From: Leucoraja ocellata
Taxonomy: Eukaryota
Length of the DNA: 64,000 nucleotides
Reading direction: 5' to 3'
NCBI GenBank assembly: GCA_036785375.1
Contig: JAWMAR010000384.1
Location: forward strand, 310,001-374,000
In this document: piece by piece, positions 38,758 through 53,133 of the stretch
Numbering within the stretch: position 1 is the first letter of the stretch
Layout of the letters: each line of letters begins with the position of its first letter
Notes under the pieces: model-generated
What the model was told of the DNA's origin: nothing
What the model saw: only the letters and a program-made list of their open reading frames with translations
Databases searched by the model: none
Made by a program: the position numbers and the translations under genes

Positions 38758-39171
38758 AGTTCAAGTTCAAGTGAGTTTATTGTCATGTGTCCCTGACAAT
38801 GAAATTCTTGCTTTGCTTCAGCACACAGAACATAGTAGGCATTTACTACAAAACAGATCAATGTGTCCATATACTATAATACAAATATATACACACATGA
38901 ATAAATAAACTGATAAAGTGCAAATAACAGATAATGGGTTATTAATAATCAGAGTTTTGTCCTAACCAGGTTTAATAGCCTGATGGCTGTGGGGAAGTAG
39001 ATATTCCTGAACCTGGTTGTTGCAGTCTTCAGGCTCCTGTACCTTCTACCTGAAGGTAGCAGGGAGATGAGTGTGTGGCCAGGATGGTGTGATCTCTGAT
39101 GATACTGCCAGCCTTTTTGAGGCGGCGACTGCGATAAATCCTCTCGATGGAAGGAAGGTCAGAGCCGATGA
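38758..39171 (-). mobile_element. Rex1/Babar LINE 3' fragment (same subfamily as 33045)
   Basis: High identity to 33050-33465. Confidence 0.88.
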
Positions 39172-41989
39172 TTCACTTCCACAGCTGAGAACACCCAGCT
39201 TCCAACCTTCCTGCTCACATGGAATATCATGTTAACTCAAAGGGGCCACGTGTAAATATTTCCCTCCCCAAATATTCCTTGCCCCATTCTCTCCCCACGA
39301 CAGTTAAATGGAAGATTCCCAGAGCAGATCACAGATTATATTGTGAAAGTGCTACAACTAAGAAATGATGGGACAGGGGTGGAGATGGCACTGAGTGCAA
39401 ACCCTGGAAAAATCTCTGAGCCCAACACATTCCTTCATTGTAAACGCAGAAGTGACAATCATGAACTCGAAGCAGACATTATGCAACTTGAACTAATTAT
39501 TCCAAGCAACACATCAGATAGATTCCATTGACGTTAGTGAAAATGCCCCAAAGCCGCTCCCAAGAACCAAACCAGTGAAATGTAGAAATTGTAACAGGGA
39601 AAATATATGCAGCTTAAATTAATTGTTTCAGCTACGTTAGTAAAAAGAATCCAAAGCAAGTACCCCTGACGTACAACCTTCTCCACACCCCCCCTAGCAT
39701 TTGAAACAGGTTTGTCAGCAGCTTCGACGAGTCACCTGCTGTTTTCACCATGCAATTTGTGTAAAATATTCTATCTTTAGACATTGACTTCTCTGCAAAA
39801 GCCTGTATCACACTTTGCTCTTTACGTGTCCCAAGCCTCACCCATGTTGCATTGCTGCAGGCCAGATTCCTCCTCGTTTCGCTGTTGGGTGTATCATTCC
39901 GTTCGGTAGCCGGGAAATTGCCTGTCTTTACCTGTGTGTATATAATTCTTGAGTCAGACAGCAATCCAGATGAAGTTGTCACAAGCATTTTGGACAGTGC
40001 TGAGAAGACCCTTCATAGTACATTACCCCTAGCCTTCTGTTAATATAACGGCGCTGCCTCATTGTCTTGTCCTGCATACAATCACAGGGACTTTTAGCCT
40101 AAACACCAAGATTAACACCAGGATAAGGGCAAGCCTTTGGTTCACCTGAATGGCTAAGGACACCCAGCTTTAAACCTTCTGACCCACATACAATATCATG
40201 TTAACTCATAGAGGGCTTGTGTAAACATTTCCCCCAAATTTTCCTAGCCCCATTCTCTCCCCATGATTAATAGAACTCTTTACCTTTGCACTGACATAAA
40301 CATCAAAAGTGGAGATCTAAGTCAAATTTGGCCTGGTAACATCTATTGAAATTACAAGAAGAGAATTAACAGCTAAGGATTCAGCAATCCAGCTCAACCA
40401 CTCTATTCTACTCTCCACCCACAAAACCACACAATCCTCTTACATTGAGTTTGAAGTCTATTCCCCTTTAAATTCTTCTCTGCTAATCTGCAAAATAAGA
40501 GGCCATAGTTCTACATTTGAATCCCCACTCTAACACTCTTTGCTGATTTTTTTGTTTTTCTTCCCTATTTAATTTCCGACTGTAAATCTGTGTCTATTCT
40601 ATCGAAGTCCTTCACAATTTAAAGACCTCAATTGTATCACTTTTTTCTTCCTTCTTTTCAAGAGAAAAGAGACCTACCCACTCGTGATAGTAACAACACA
40701 TTTATTGTAAATCTTTCTTGCACCCTATCCAGTGCCTCTCTAGATCATTGTTTAGAAACATCACAACCAGAATAGCACACTGCAATCCAAACGTGGTCCA
40801 ACCAAAGTTTAAGCGTTTTAATTCTGTTTCACTGTTGGAAATGTCGTTGGTTTGCTTTGGTTTGCATCTGATTCACCAATTACATAATTACTAGCCATAG
40901 GTTGCTGTTTCATTTACTGCTGCCTCACAGAAACTCAAGGCATTCAAAGATGTTGCACAATGACACAGTTTAAAGGACGGCCCCAAGTCCCAACCAACAA
41001 AGCAGTCAGCTTTTGCAAGTTCGAGGAAGCATCAGAGAAGTATGTGTCATCCACTCTGGTGCATGTAACAACAAACAGAGTGGTGTTTGAGGGGACCATT
41101 GTGGCACACTGGTACAAGCACTGTCTTACAGTATCAGAGACCCTGCTGTGGTCTCTGTCTGAAGAAGGGTCTCAACCCGAAACGTCACCCATTCCTTCTC
41201 TCCAGAGATGCTGCCCGTCCCGCTGAGTTACTCCAGCTTTTTGTGTCTAGCCAGTCGCCATTCCTAAACATCAATGAAGTTTGCATTTTCTCTCAATGAC
41301 CTCATGTGATTGCCCCGAGTACCCTGGGTCCTCACCCATTTCAAAGATGCTGGAGTTGGTTGGTCAATAGGTCAGAGTAAATTACCCCCTAAAGTGTATG
41401 TGAATAATAGAATCTGGGGATATTTGACAAGATTGTGTAGATAATTTAAAAAATAATAATATTAATGTGGGAGTATTGTAAATTGGTGAATGATGATCAG
41501 TGTGGACTTGTTCAACTTGAGGGCCTTTATATGTGTTGCGTCTCTCTCCCTATGACTCAGCAGAGAGAGTTTGGGTGGTTCTAGGCACAAAATGCTGGAG
41601 TAACTCAGCAGGTCAGGCAGCATCTCTGGAGAAAAGGAATAGGTGATGTTTCGGGTAGATATCCTTCATCAGACTAAGAGTAGAGTTAATATCACCAACA
41701 ATTTGAGTGTAGACTTTAGATTTTAGAGATACCGCACAGAAGCAGGCTCTTTGACCTACTGAGTCTGCGCCGACTAGTGAACACCCCATATACTAGCACT
41801 ACCCTACAAACAAGGGATGATTTACAATTACCAAAGCATTGTTTTTACCAGAACCCTTCTCCAAGCTGAAAGTAGAGGGGAGGTGAACGTATCCATTTTG
41901 TACATGGGGAGTGTGCACACTTCCAACAATTTCTATTCAGGTATTGCCTTTAATGGAGTGAAATATTCCATTGCACCTTTAGCAGCTAT

Positions 41990-43070
41990 TCTCTCTTGAA
42001 TGTTTACATGTGTACAGTGGAGAGCACATTGACTGGGAGCATCATGGCCTGGTTCGGCAACTTGAATGCCCATGAACAAAGAAGATTACAAAAAGTGATG
42101 GACGCTGCCCAGTCCATCACGGCTACTGGTCTCACTAACATTGAAGGGATCTACAGAAGGCGCTGCCTCAAAAGGTCAACCAGCATCATTAAAGACACAA
42201 ACCACCATGGCCATGTTCTCATTTCCCTCCTGTCATTGGGAAGAAGGTATAGGAGACTGAAAACTGTGACATCCAGGTTCTGGAGCAATCTTAGGAAAGA
42301 CATTCTTGCCATAGAGGGAGTATAGGGAAGGTTCACCAGACTGATTCCTGGGATGTCAGGGCTTTCATATGAAGAAAGACTGGATAGACTCGGCTTGTAC
42401 TCGCTTGAATTTAGATTGAGGGGTGATCTTATAGAAACTTACAAAATTCTTAAGGGGTTGGACAGGCTAGATGCAGGAAGATTATTCCCGATGTTGGGGG
42501 AAGTCCAGAACTAGGGGGTCACAGTTTAAGGATAAGAGGGAAGTCTTTTAGGAACAAGAGATGAGAAAATCATTTTTCACACAGAGAATGGTGAATCTGT
42601 GGAATTCTCTGCCACAGAAGGTAGTTGAGGCCAGTTCATTGGCTGTATTTAAGAGGGAGTTAGATGTGGCCCTTGTGGCTAAAGGGAACTGGGGGTATGG
42701 AGAGAAGGCAGGGATGGGATACCGAGTTGGATGATCAGCCATGATCATATCGAATGGCCGTGCAGACTCGAAGGGCCGAATGACCTACTCCTGCACCTAT
42801 TTTCAATGTTCCTATGTTTCTTCCCAACAACCAATGGGCTACTGAATACTACAGACACCCACTAAACCTCAAACTGCAAACTGTCTTGGTTGCTCTCAGG
42901 ACCTGAGGCTTTTTTGGTTTGCACTAATATTGGAGTGTATTTTTATTTATTGAACTTTGTTTTTGTTTGTTTTATGATGTTATCTATTAATTACTGTGTT
43001 TACAGATCTGTTAGCTTTATACTACTGCAAGCAATGATTTCATTGTTCTATTTCGGTACATCTGACAAAC
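41990..43070 (+). mobile_element. Older Rex1/Babar 3' fragment interrupted by CR1
   Basis: ORF 41996 (CTVES.LTG.I.AWFG..GRRYR). Sequence resumes after 42820. Confidence 0.75.
42290..42820 (+). mobile_element. CR1 (HER1-like) 3' fragment
   Basis: Closely similar to 404-935. Confidence 0.9.
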
Positions 43071-43075
43071 ACACT

Positions 43076-43253
43076 GTTTAAGAAGGAACTGCAGATGCTG
43101 GAAAATCGAAGGTACACAAAAATGCTGGAGAAACTCAGCGGGTGCAGCAGCATCTATGGAGCGAAGGAGATAGGCAACGTTTCGGGCCAAAACATTGCCC
43201 ATCTCCTTCGCTCCATAGATGCTGCTGCACCCGCTGAGTTTCTCCAGCATTTT
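43076..43253. mobile_element. Penelope-derived short fold-back element (family A)
   Basis: Inverted arms with apex at ggcaacgtttcgggccaaaacattgcc. Perfect 13-bp TSD tgacaaacacact at 43063-43075 and 43254-43266. Confidence 0.85.
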
Positions 43254-44158
43254 TGACAAACACACTTATCTCTTTACGCTCTTGCGACACAAACAGACAC
43301 TGTCAAAGCAGCACCTCGCAGAATAGCATCCTTCAGAAACATGCATGTTCCACTGCACACATCATACACTAGGAGTGTACGTTCTTTACACAGAGTATAG
43401 GCTGGGAATGTATATCTTCTGCTGGACACAGGGCATCCATTGGGAGTGTGTACATTCTCCACTCTACACAAGGGAGGTACACATCACACAACACATTTGC
43501 AACCAACCAGGTATGTCTGGAAGTGTGAACAAGTAGAGTAAGAAAACAACTCCCACAAAATGCAAAGTAGAAATTCCAGATAATCCTGTTTATCACGCTG
43601 AATGAAAAAAAAACATGAGTCATTTTCTTTACGTAGTATCTTTAAAACAAGGTATTGCTTCCGGGTGATGTGCAATTGTGTAGTCAGCAAAAGTTCCTAT
43701 ATTTGTATACATCCTTATGACATGCTCATTTTCATTTTGGCTCTGCGGGTTTCATAGAAAATAGAAAAGAGGTGCAGGAGGAGGCCATTCGGCCCTTCGA
43801 GCCTTACACATCCCAGCCTACACTGGTTGGTTGGAAGCTTATGTGTAGGAAGGTACTGCAGATGCTGGTTTACACCGAAGATAGACATGCAGCATCGCTG
43901 GAGAAAAGGAATATGTGACGTTTCTGGTCAAAGAGGGGCCTCGACCCAAAACGTCACCCATTCCTTTTCTCCAGAGATGCTGCCTGATCCGCATTTTGTG
44001 TTTATCTCAGGTTGTTATGTTAATTGGCGACTGCAAATCCCCTCCAATAGTGCAGCTGGGTGGGAAAATGGGGGTGAGGGATGGTTGAAATCTGCGGACG
44101 AATAAAATTAAATTGCTGCAGTCGAGATGATGCAACTGAGGCGCCCGTCAAGACCATC

Positions 44159-44573
44159 GGCTTGTACTCGCTAGAATTTAGAAGATTGAGGGGGGATCTT
44201 ATAGAAACTTACAAAATTCTTAAGGGGTTGGACAGGCTAGATGCAGGAAGATTGTTCCCAATGTTGGGGAAGTCCAGAACAAGGGGTCACAGTTTAAGGA
44301 TAAGGGGGAAATCTTTTAGGACCGAGATGAGGAAAACATATTTCACACAGAGAGTGGTGAATCTCTGGAATTCTCTGCCACAGAATGTAGTTGAGGCCAG
44401 TTTGTTGGTTATATTTAAGAGGGAGTTAGATGTGGCCCTTGTGGCTAAAGGGATCAGGGGGTATGGAGAGAAGGCAGGGATGGGATACTGAGTTGGATAA
44501 TCAGCCATGATCATATTGAATGGCGGTGCAGGCTCGAAGGGCCGAATGGCCTACTCCTGCACCTATTTTCTAT
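44159..44573 (+). mobile_element. CR1 (HER1-like) 3' fragment flanked by a ~148-bp direct repeat
   Basis: ORF 44081-44491 C-terminal CR1 motifs. Confidence 0.9.
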
Positions 44574-45499
44574 GTTGTTATGTTAAATGGCGACTGCAAA
44601 TCCCCTCCAATAGTGCAGCTGAGTGGGGAAATGGGGGTGAGGGTGGTTGAAATTTGATGGCGAATAAAATTAATTTGCTGCAGTCGAGATGATGCAACTG
44701 AGGCGCCCGTCGGCACCATCTAAGAGCGGTGCAGAATACGCCTCGGTAACTGCAAGCCGCCCCGCCCTGTCCAATGTGACCCGGGCTACAGGAGCTGTCA
44801 ATGGGACGCTGTGTCCTGCAGCATCCAGCTGCAACCATTTCACTTGTTCCTGGCACAATTTCATCTGCCTACATTGCAGCGTGGTGTCAGTCGAAGACAT
44901 CAGACCACACGGGCCACTCGGTTTGTTCCATCTGCGAGAGGCTGGGCTTTCGCAGTCAGGGGTGAAACAAACATCCGCTGTGCATCCACGGGGAGGTTTC
45001 CCTGCGGGTTCTGTCAGACTCCGCCCGGCAGCACGGCGCTGCAAATGCAACCCCGACATGTACTGATTTAAACCACTGATGTTTGTTTGCACAGACTGAA
45101 GCTCGGCAGCTGCGGGACTTCCAAAAAAGACCGCTCACGTTGTGTCTAACAATGATCTCCGAATCCAGTGGGAATTGTTCGGCATCGAACTGTGACATTG
45201 GCGGAGAGAACACACGGGGAAAGCGCCGCGTTATGTTTACGAGGGGATTCAGCAAGACAAGGAACAAACAAAGCCAGGATGTGGCAAAATCAAGCAGGCA
45301 GCTCCCACTGCCCTTCCCCCCAACACCCTCACGCCCTTTTCCCCTCTGCCACTGTCATTTTATCATTTGATTTCTCCCTGAATTTGCAGCTCTCCCCGTT
45401 TCCACCTTCCTTCAAACCTGTTTATTTTTTTCTTGAAAGGTAACCAATCTAAAATATTTTTATTTTTCCCTGCTGAGCAATTACAGTAAATTCGTGTTT

Positions 45500-46430
45500 T
45501 CCATAGAGTCATAGAGTGATGCAGTGTGGAAACAGACCTTTCAGCCCAACTCGTCCACACCGGCCAATAATGTCCCAGCTACACTAGTCCCACTTGCCTG
45601 CGCTTGGTCCCTCCAAACTTGTCCTATCCATGTACCTGTCTCTAATTGTTTCTTAAACGACGGGATAGTCCCAGCCTCAACTACCTTCTCCGGCAGCTTG
45701 TTCCATACACCCACCACCCTTTATGTGAAAAAGTTACCCCTCGGATTCCTATGAAATCTTTTCCCCTTCACCGTGAACCTATGTCCCCTGGTCCTCGATT
45801 CCCCTACTCTGGGGAAAAGGCCAGATCTATTCCTCTCATGATTTTGTATAAGATCTCCCCTCATCCTCCTGCGCTCCCTGGAATAGAGACCCAGCCTACT
45901 CAACCTCTCCCTATAGCTCACATTCTCTCGGCCTGGTAACACCCTCGTAAATCTTTTCTGAACCCTTTCTAGATTGACAATATCTTTCCTACAACATGGT
46001 GCCCAGAACTGAACACAATATTCTGAAAGCGGTCTCACCAACGTCTTATACAAATGCAACAACACCTCCCAACTCCTATACTCAATACTTTGACTGATGA
46101 TGGCCGAAATGCCAAAAGCCTTTTCTACTTTATCTACCTGTGACTCGACCCTCAAGGAACCATGCCCCTGTACTCCTGGATCTCACTGCTCTACAACACT
46201 ACCCAGAGGCCTACCATTTACTGTGTAGGTCCTTCCCTTGTTCGATGTCCCAAAATGCAATACCTCACACTTTTCTGTATTAAATTCCATCAACCATTCC
46301 TCCTCCCACCTGACCAATCGATCCAGATCCTGCTGCAATCTTTCACAACCATCTTCACTGTCTGCAAAGCCACTAAATTTTGTATCATCAGCTAATCTTG
46401 CCCTGTATGTTCTCATCCAAATCAATTGAT
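45500..46430 (-). mobile_element. CR1 LINE RT/3' fragment
   Basis: ADDTK, LQQDLDRL..W..EW.MEFN.EKC.VLHFG, LYKTLVRP.SEYCVQFW.P, LERVQKRFTR. Confidence 0.9.
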
Positions 46431-47419
46431 GTTTTCAGATTGCCAGCATCCAAAATATTTTGCTTTCTCCTAAGATTATGTATGCATTATCTCTCATCCC
46501 GAGCAGGGTTCAGATTCTTTCTCCTGTACCACAGCCAGTGAATAAAATGCTGCCTACTATACCCAGTGAACTTAGAAATATTCAAAAGGTTCCAGAGGGT
46601 TTCCTAAACTAGGTAAAATATAGACAGTGTAATAACTCATGAGCCTTGATTAAACCCGATTCATATTAACATGGACATTATAATTATCTGTAGTGTGCAA
46701 CAATATAATCTAGACCACCCCAAATCCAACTGCAGGATGAGCTTTTTCAGAGACAGCTACTTCCCCACTGTTATTAGACTACTGAAGGTCCTCTCATAAG
46801 GATTCAGTCCCAATATGCCAACCTACTTCATTGCAGCTCTTGCATTTCTTTTAGCTTCACTTTCTCTGTAACTGTAAGGCTGTATTCCTCACTTAGGCAT
46901 TTTTCTCTTTGCAGTGGCAATTGTACATGTATGACTTGATTGTACTCATGTTTAGTATGATTTAAGGAGATAGGATGCAAATACCAACTGCCTCTCTGAT
47001 GGCTTCACTTGTGGCTGTGGTTCTGTTCAATGCCTACATCCGAAGAAGCCTCGCGATATGAATCTGATCACTAAATGGTCATTACCATGTGTGAACATTA
47101 AATTAAAATGGGTGGCACAATTATGCAGCTGATAAAGTTGCTGTTTTATAGCTCCAGACATGGATTCAGTCCTGATCTCTAGTGCTGCTGCCTGTGTGGA
47201 GTTTGCATGTTCTTTCCATGACTGGATGGGATCACTCACATCCAAGTAGGTTAATTGGCATGTGGTGTGTAGGTGAGTGGAAGAATGAGGTGTTGATGAG
47301 AAAAAGGGTAGAACAACATCTGATTTATGTAGGATTAGTGGGCGCTTGGTGGGCCGAAGGGCCTGTTCTTTTGTATGACTGACTCTTTGAGAATGTGATA
47401 AATCTATATTTCCCTGTCA

Positions 47420-48400
47420 GCCCCATTCTCTCGACTTCTCCCCAGACCTCTCTTCTCCTCCGGACCTTCTCCAAAGCCAGCACATCTGTCTTCAGATATG
47501 GGGCCCAAAGCTACTCACAATATTCCAAACATGGCCCCACCAGCTCTTGATAAAGCCTCAGCATTACATCCTTGCTTTAAATTCCAGTGCTCTTGAAATA
47601 AATGCTAACATTGCAGTTTTCTCTCTTACTACTGATTCAACCTGTAAATTAACCATTTGGGAATCCTACGTCAGCACCCCCATGTCCCTTTGCACATCCG
47701 ATTTCTGAATTCTCCACCCATTTAAAAAGTAGTCTACGCCTTTATTCCTTCTACCAAAGTGCACGACTGCACACTTTGCTGTACTGGATGCCATTTGCCA
47801 CTTCTTTGCCCACTCTCCCAACCCATCCAAGTCCTTCTGCAGCCTCCCTGCTTTCTCAACACGACCTGCCCCTTCACCTTTCTTCGTATCGACCATAAAC
47901 TTGGCCACAAGGCCGTCAATTCCCTCTTGCAGATCGTTAACATATAATGTGAAAAGAAGCAGATCGAACACCAATTCCTGTGGAACACCGCTAGCCGCCA
48001 AACAGAAAAAGCCCCTTGTACTCCCACACTTTGCCTTCTGCCTATTAGCAAATCTTCTATCCATCCTAGAACCTTCCCTCTACCACAGGCTCTCCTACCT
48101 TGTTTAGAAGCCTCATGTGTGGCACTTCATCAAAGGCCTTCTGAAAATCCAAATCAACAATATCCACCGATTCTCTTTTGGCCATCCTGCTTGTTACCTC
48201 CTCATAAAACTCCAACAGATTTGTCAGGCAAGATCTGCCCTTAACAAAACCTTGCTGACCAGCCTATTTTATCATGCACTTCCAAGTATGCTGAAACCTC
48301 GTCCTTAATAATGGACTATAATTAAGGCCTATAATTTATTTTCTTTTGCCTCGCTCCCTTCTTAAACATTAGTGACTTTCCAGTCCTCTGGAACCATTCC
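47420..48400 (-). mobile_element. Degraded CR1 RT fragment
   Basis: SGVPQ..V...LLF.LY.NDL, LQKDLD.LGEWAKKWQM in ORF 47666-48064. Confidence 0.85.
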
Positions 48401-50352
48401 CGTTTTAGTGTGACACAGGCACTGTTAAAAAAACACCAACAATTAGCTACTATCTGAGGGCCTGAATACCAATAAATCATATGAGGGGGTTACAGAATAT
48501 TAGGAGGGAAATAAATTTAATACTGAAACTATTAGAGAAGTCTCTGTGGTGTTATTTTCTGGACTGCTTGCCAAATCTCAATAAATAGGTGAAATGTTGG
48601 CATAACAAAACATACTGATGAAGTTGGTGTTGCTAAGCAACCTGGCAGATCTACAGAGTCGGGTCTCAGCAATGAGATTGCATCCAGGGATGCCCAGCAA
48701 CTCCAACAAATGCCATCCCAATGCGCAGTACATCAATATCACATTAATGCTACCATGCAACTTGACCTCAAGAGTTGTTGATATGGGACACAGAACAGAA
48801 AAGGTAAACGTACAGAGTCTCTTGCCCGGAGTAGGGGAATTGAGAACCAGAGGACATAAGTTTAAGTTGAGGTGGGAAAGATTTAAAACAAATTTCAAAC
48901 AAACGGTGGTGGGTGTATGGAACAAGCTGCCGGAGGAGGGCAGGTACTATAGCAATATTCAAGAAACATTTGGACAGGTACACAGATAGGACAGGTTTAG
49001 AGAGACATGGGCCAAACACAGACAGGTGGGACTATTTTAGATGGTCGGTTTAGGCGTTGGGCCAAAGGGCTGTTTCCATGCTCTGTGACTCTATAGCCTC
49101 ATAGGAACAGGCCATTCAGCCCACAATGTCTCTGCCAAGCATGATGCCAAGACCAACTCTTATCAGTCTGCACAGAATCCACAACCCTCCATCGTTGCAT
49201 ATCCATGTGCCCACCCAAAGGCCTCCTAGATGTCATTATTGTATTTAGCTCCACCGCCCTCCCTGGCAATGCATTCCAGGCATCAGTCACCCACCGCATA
49301 AAAACTTGCACCACACTTTAAAACTTCACCCGTCACCTTTAAACTATGCTCTCTAGTATTTGATATTTCCATCTGGGTAAAAAGGTTCAGACTGACTGCA
49401 GCTCTGCTCTTCTGTTGTCCATTATAATCAGATATGCAGATTATCAGCAGTTCATCTTCAATGACTGGGCCAAATTACATGTGTCATTCTTATGTTCCAA
49501 TCATCGCCTTTTACTCTACCATCCTCACAATAACTTCTGCTCTTTCACAAAATCTTGCCACTTCTTTTTCTAATCTGCACAAAATGCTCATCATAACTGG
49601 ACTCCTCGCCAGATAATTCCACCGGACCCACAGTTTCTAACAGAAGAGGGAATTGGCAGGAGACAAGGCAAAATAAGCAGAATAATTACAGAGAGACTTT
49701 GATAATCCAGTTCCAATCATTCGGAAGTCCTGATGTGGCTCACTCCTTAATCTGGGATGTGAACAGAGGCTTGAGAGTGCAAGTGGGTGGGTGTCCAGAA
49801 TGCAGCCAGAGTCTGGACTATGTGTCGGACGTTCATCTGGAGTTGAAACTGGGGACCAGAACACCAGGGATGAGGAATGTGGGTCAATTTGTGGCTGGAA
49901 TTGCAGTCTCAAATGCTTGCACATTTCCCACTCCCTTGAAACTGACCAGATTTACTGGGTAATAAATTATACTATGCTGTAATAAATTTAAAAGTGAAAT
50001 AAAAGACTGTTTGGCTATGAAAGGAATAGCATCCCAAATCCCGGTAAATCTGCTGGTGCTGCACTACTAATGATCTGAGGGTGCGGATTATTAGAATTTT
50101 ATTGCACTCACTTGCCCAATGTTCAATGTCAGGAACAACATGGAAAATCATATCTAATATTTTCACACAATAGTAGAAATGGTAGACTTTTCCCAAAAGG
50201 ATGACTATGCTGGATTACAGAGCATTCAAGGCAGATTACAACAGAGTTGTGTTACAACAGGGGATCAAATTATATAGAACAATGGATTTGGTTGATCAAT
50301 TGAGTGGTCGAGTGGTCTTCTGTTCCAAATGTTAATTTGTAACTCCAATTTC

Positions 50353-50662
50353 AGTTTAGTTTAGTTTAGAGATGCAGCATGGAAACAGGCCCTTCGGCCC
50401 ACCAAGTCCGCACCGACCAGCGATCCCTGCACATTAACACTATCCAACACACACTAGGGGCAATTTACATTTTATACCAAGCCAATTAACCGGCAAACCT
50501 GCACGTCTTTGTAGTGTAGGAGGAAATCGAAGATCTCGGAGAAAACCCACGCGATCACGGGGAGAACGTACAAACTCCATACAGATGGCAGCCATAGTCG
50601 GGATCAAACCCGGTCTCTGGTGCTGTAAGGCAGCAACTCTACCGCTGCACCACTGTGCCACC
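50353..50662 (-). mobile_element. Near full-length tRNA-derived V-SINE (HE1-like)
   Basis: Head GGTGGCACAGTGGTGCAGCGGTAGAG (A box) and GGGTTTGATCC (B box), CR1-like tail, (CTAAA)n end. Confidence 0.85.
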
Positions 50663-52886
50663 TTCTCATTCTGATAGCCCCCCTTTGACACCACATTTGA
50701 TCATATATAGTATGATAAACCAATTGTTCTTCCTTTGGAATGGCAGAATCTGGGGGGTGTCCACAGGATCAAAATATCCAGGAGGTTTCAAAATTTGGCG
50801 TGTCCAGGGTTATATCACTTTTGAAAGTAAGCAAAATCCACCCAGTTTATCCAGCAAATAACAAATCATACCAATTTGAAGGATTGCATTTTTCGTCCTG
50901 ATATATGCTGGTTTCAGCTGCGGCAGCAGGAAGCGTGATAACACAACATTCCTCAATTAAAGAATAAAAAACATGGCAAGCCTCCCACTGAAAATAACTG
51001 GCCAACTTATGATAATATTGCTTAAGGATAGGGTTGGTTGGCTAAAAAGACCATCACTGCTGAATTGCCCCCAAGTTACTACCCAGAAGGTTAAAACAAA
51101 TGTCTAACGGATGTACCATTTTTTTCTTTATCAGTTTTTAAACTCGACCTGAAACCGACTCAATAAATCCGGTCTTGAACGTTTACCTGCAAATGAACTG
51201 GAAGGAATGCTCTTCAGAAGTTTAATTACACGAGTGTTAAAAACTGAGCTAAATTGCTCTAAGTTTGGAATTATTCCCATTGTTCTAAGAGTTAGTTTCC
51301 ACTATTGCATAAGAGATAGTTAATGGAAAATTAATGGGTGGGCTATCCATTTTGGCTGAGGATGTAATTTGCCATTGAAAAGCTTGTACTCTCAGTAGTA
51401 AATTTCAAATAGACATCAACATACTATTTTTGGAGCAGCCGGCTAATATCAAGGCACGCTGGCATTTACTGTTTTTCTTTGTCTCAGATCTTGTCAAATT
51501 TTAAACAACATCTTCTTAGAAAGGCCTGCAATGACTCAATTTCCATTTCCCTCTTCTGATAAGTAATCCTCTATCTCATTTAAACAGTAAATTGAATTCA
51601 GTCCCAATCCCTTTCAACCAAACATAATTTAAGCATCCTTCATTTTAGCAACATAGCTCATATCTGATTAAAGTCTCGGAGAGAAAAAATATCACAAATC
51701 AAAATGGGTAACCTGGGAGGAAATGGGTGGCTACAAATATTTGTCACATGACTGAACAACAATAACACCAAAAAAAGCACTGCTCAGATAATGAGTGGCA
51801 GTAAAATACGTTCAGCAGTTGAAGTCATACTGCTCCAATCTACATGAACACACCAGTGTGGCTTGGGCTACTCCACTGACAATAGGACAATTGAGCTGCA
51901 ATGTACGTATACAAATGGGCAGCAGCCGAACTAATTATGGAGTCATACAGCATAGAAACAGACCCTTCAGCCCACCAATTCATTGCTAATCCCATTCAAT
52001 TTTTCCCTACCTTCCCATCCAATCATCACAAATTCTATCATTCACCCGGGGCAATTGATAGCATCCAACTAACTGATCAAATCACATGTCTTTGGGAGGT
52101 GGAAGAAAACCAAAGCACCCGCAAGAGACCCACATGGTCACAGGGGGAGTGTGCAAACGCTACACTGATGGTAGCAATGGTCAGGAATCAATCTAGGTCA
52201 TGGGTGGTCTAAAGTAGCACCTTGACCAGGTGTGTCACGGTGCCAACCGCGTGGTAATACCTCAGTGATGAACGACCATGTGTGGTTAACATTAATAATG
52301 ACAGCTGGTCAAAATTTATGCAGACATCTGTTCATCTCAAAGGTTTAGCACCGATTTCTGCTTCCCATCTTTCCTTCCAGACACTTGGCCTCCTACCCAC
52401 CTCCTGATCCAGAGTGCAATCCCAGTATATTTTGTCTGTCAGTTGAAGAGATAGTGCCTGTGGCTAAAATGGGATACTGACTTTAGGTTGAATTGAGATT
52501 GAAGTCACTGTTTTGACTTGATGTGAGATCTTTAAGTTTGCTTCATTTTTTTCATTCTCTTTAAACAGCACTGGTGAGCTACCCTCCCCAGAAACGGTGA
52601 TATTTCTTTAAGGAGCTTCATTTGGTCCATTCTGCTGAGACTACCATTATTAATGACACTTTGCTCACAGTTTTTGACTGGTCAATCCTTTAATACCCAA
52701 AAGTTGATGTAAGGGGGTGAGCTCCCCTAAATATTTTTGCTTTGATTTTCAGTTTTATAAATCAAATGAACATATTTGTGTTTTTATAGTACTTCTGTCC
52801 ATTTGATTTATGGAAAGTTCAGATTCAGTGGTCACCCACAATTATTTTTTTTCCATTCCCAGTTTTTAATAGAAAATATTTGATAA

Positions 52887-53133
52887 ATAGATGAAAAGTT
52901 ATATTTTATAATTTACGAACTTATCTCCAAAGTTGTTGTAAATTTTTAGTAAATTATTCCATTCTTCTTTATTATACCTTTTTTTTTTTTAATTTCTCTT
53001 TCTTATTTTCTATCTATATAAAAAAAATACTAGAAGCAGAGTTAATATCAATTGATAATATTAGTAATGTAGGAATGATATACATGAAATGCTTTTAATA
53101 TGATATGTACCTGCCTCTAATAAAAAGATTATT

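Noticed and set aside
39632-39988. 118-aa minus ORF with a possible donor at 39663 as another septin first exon
   Set aside because: The donor is weak and phase 1, incompatible with the phase-0 exon at 5209; no recognisable homology.
50590-50662. tRNA gene
   Set aside because: A/B boxes belong to SINE heads followed by SINE body and tail; no complete cloverleaf seen.
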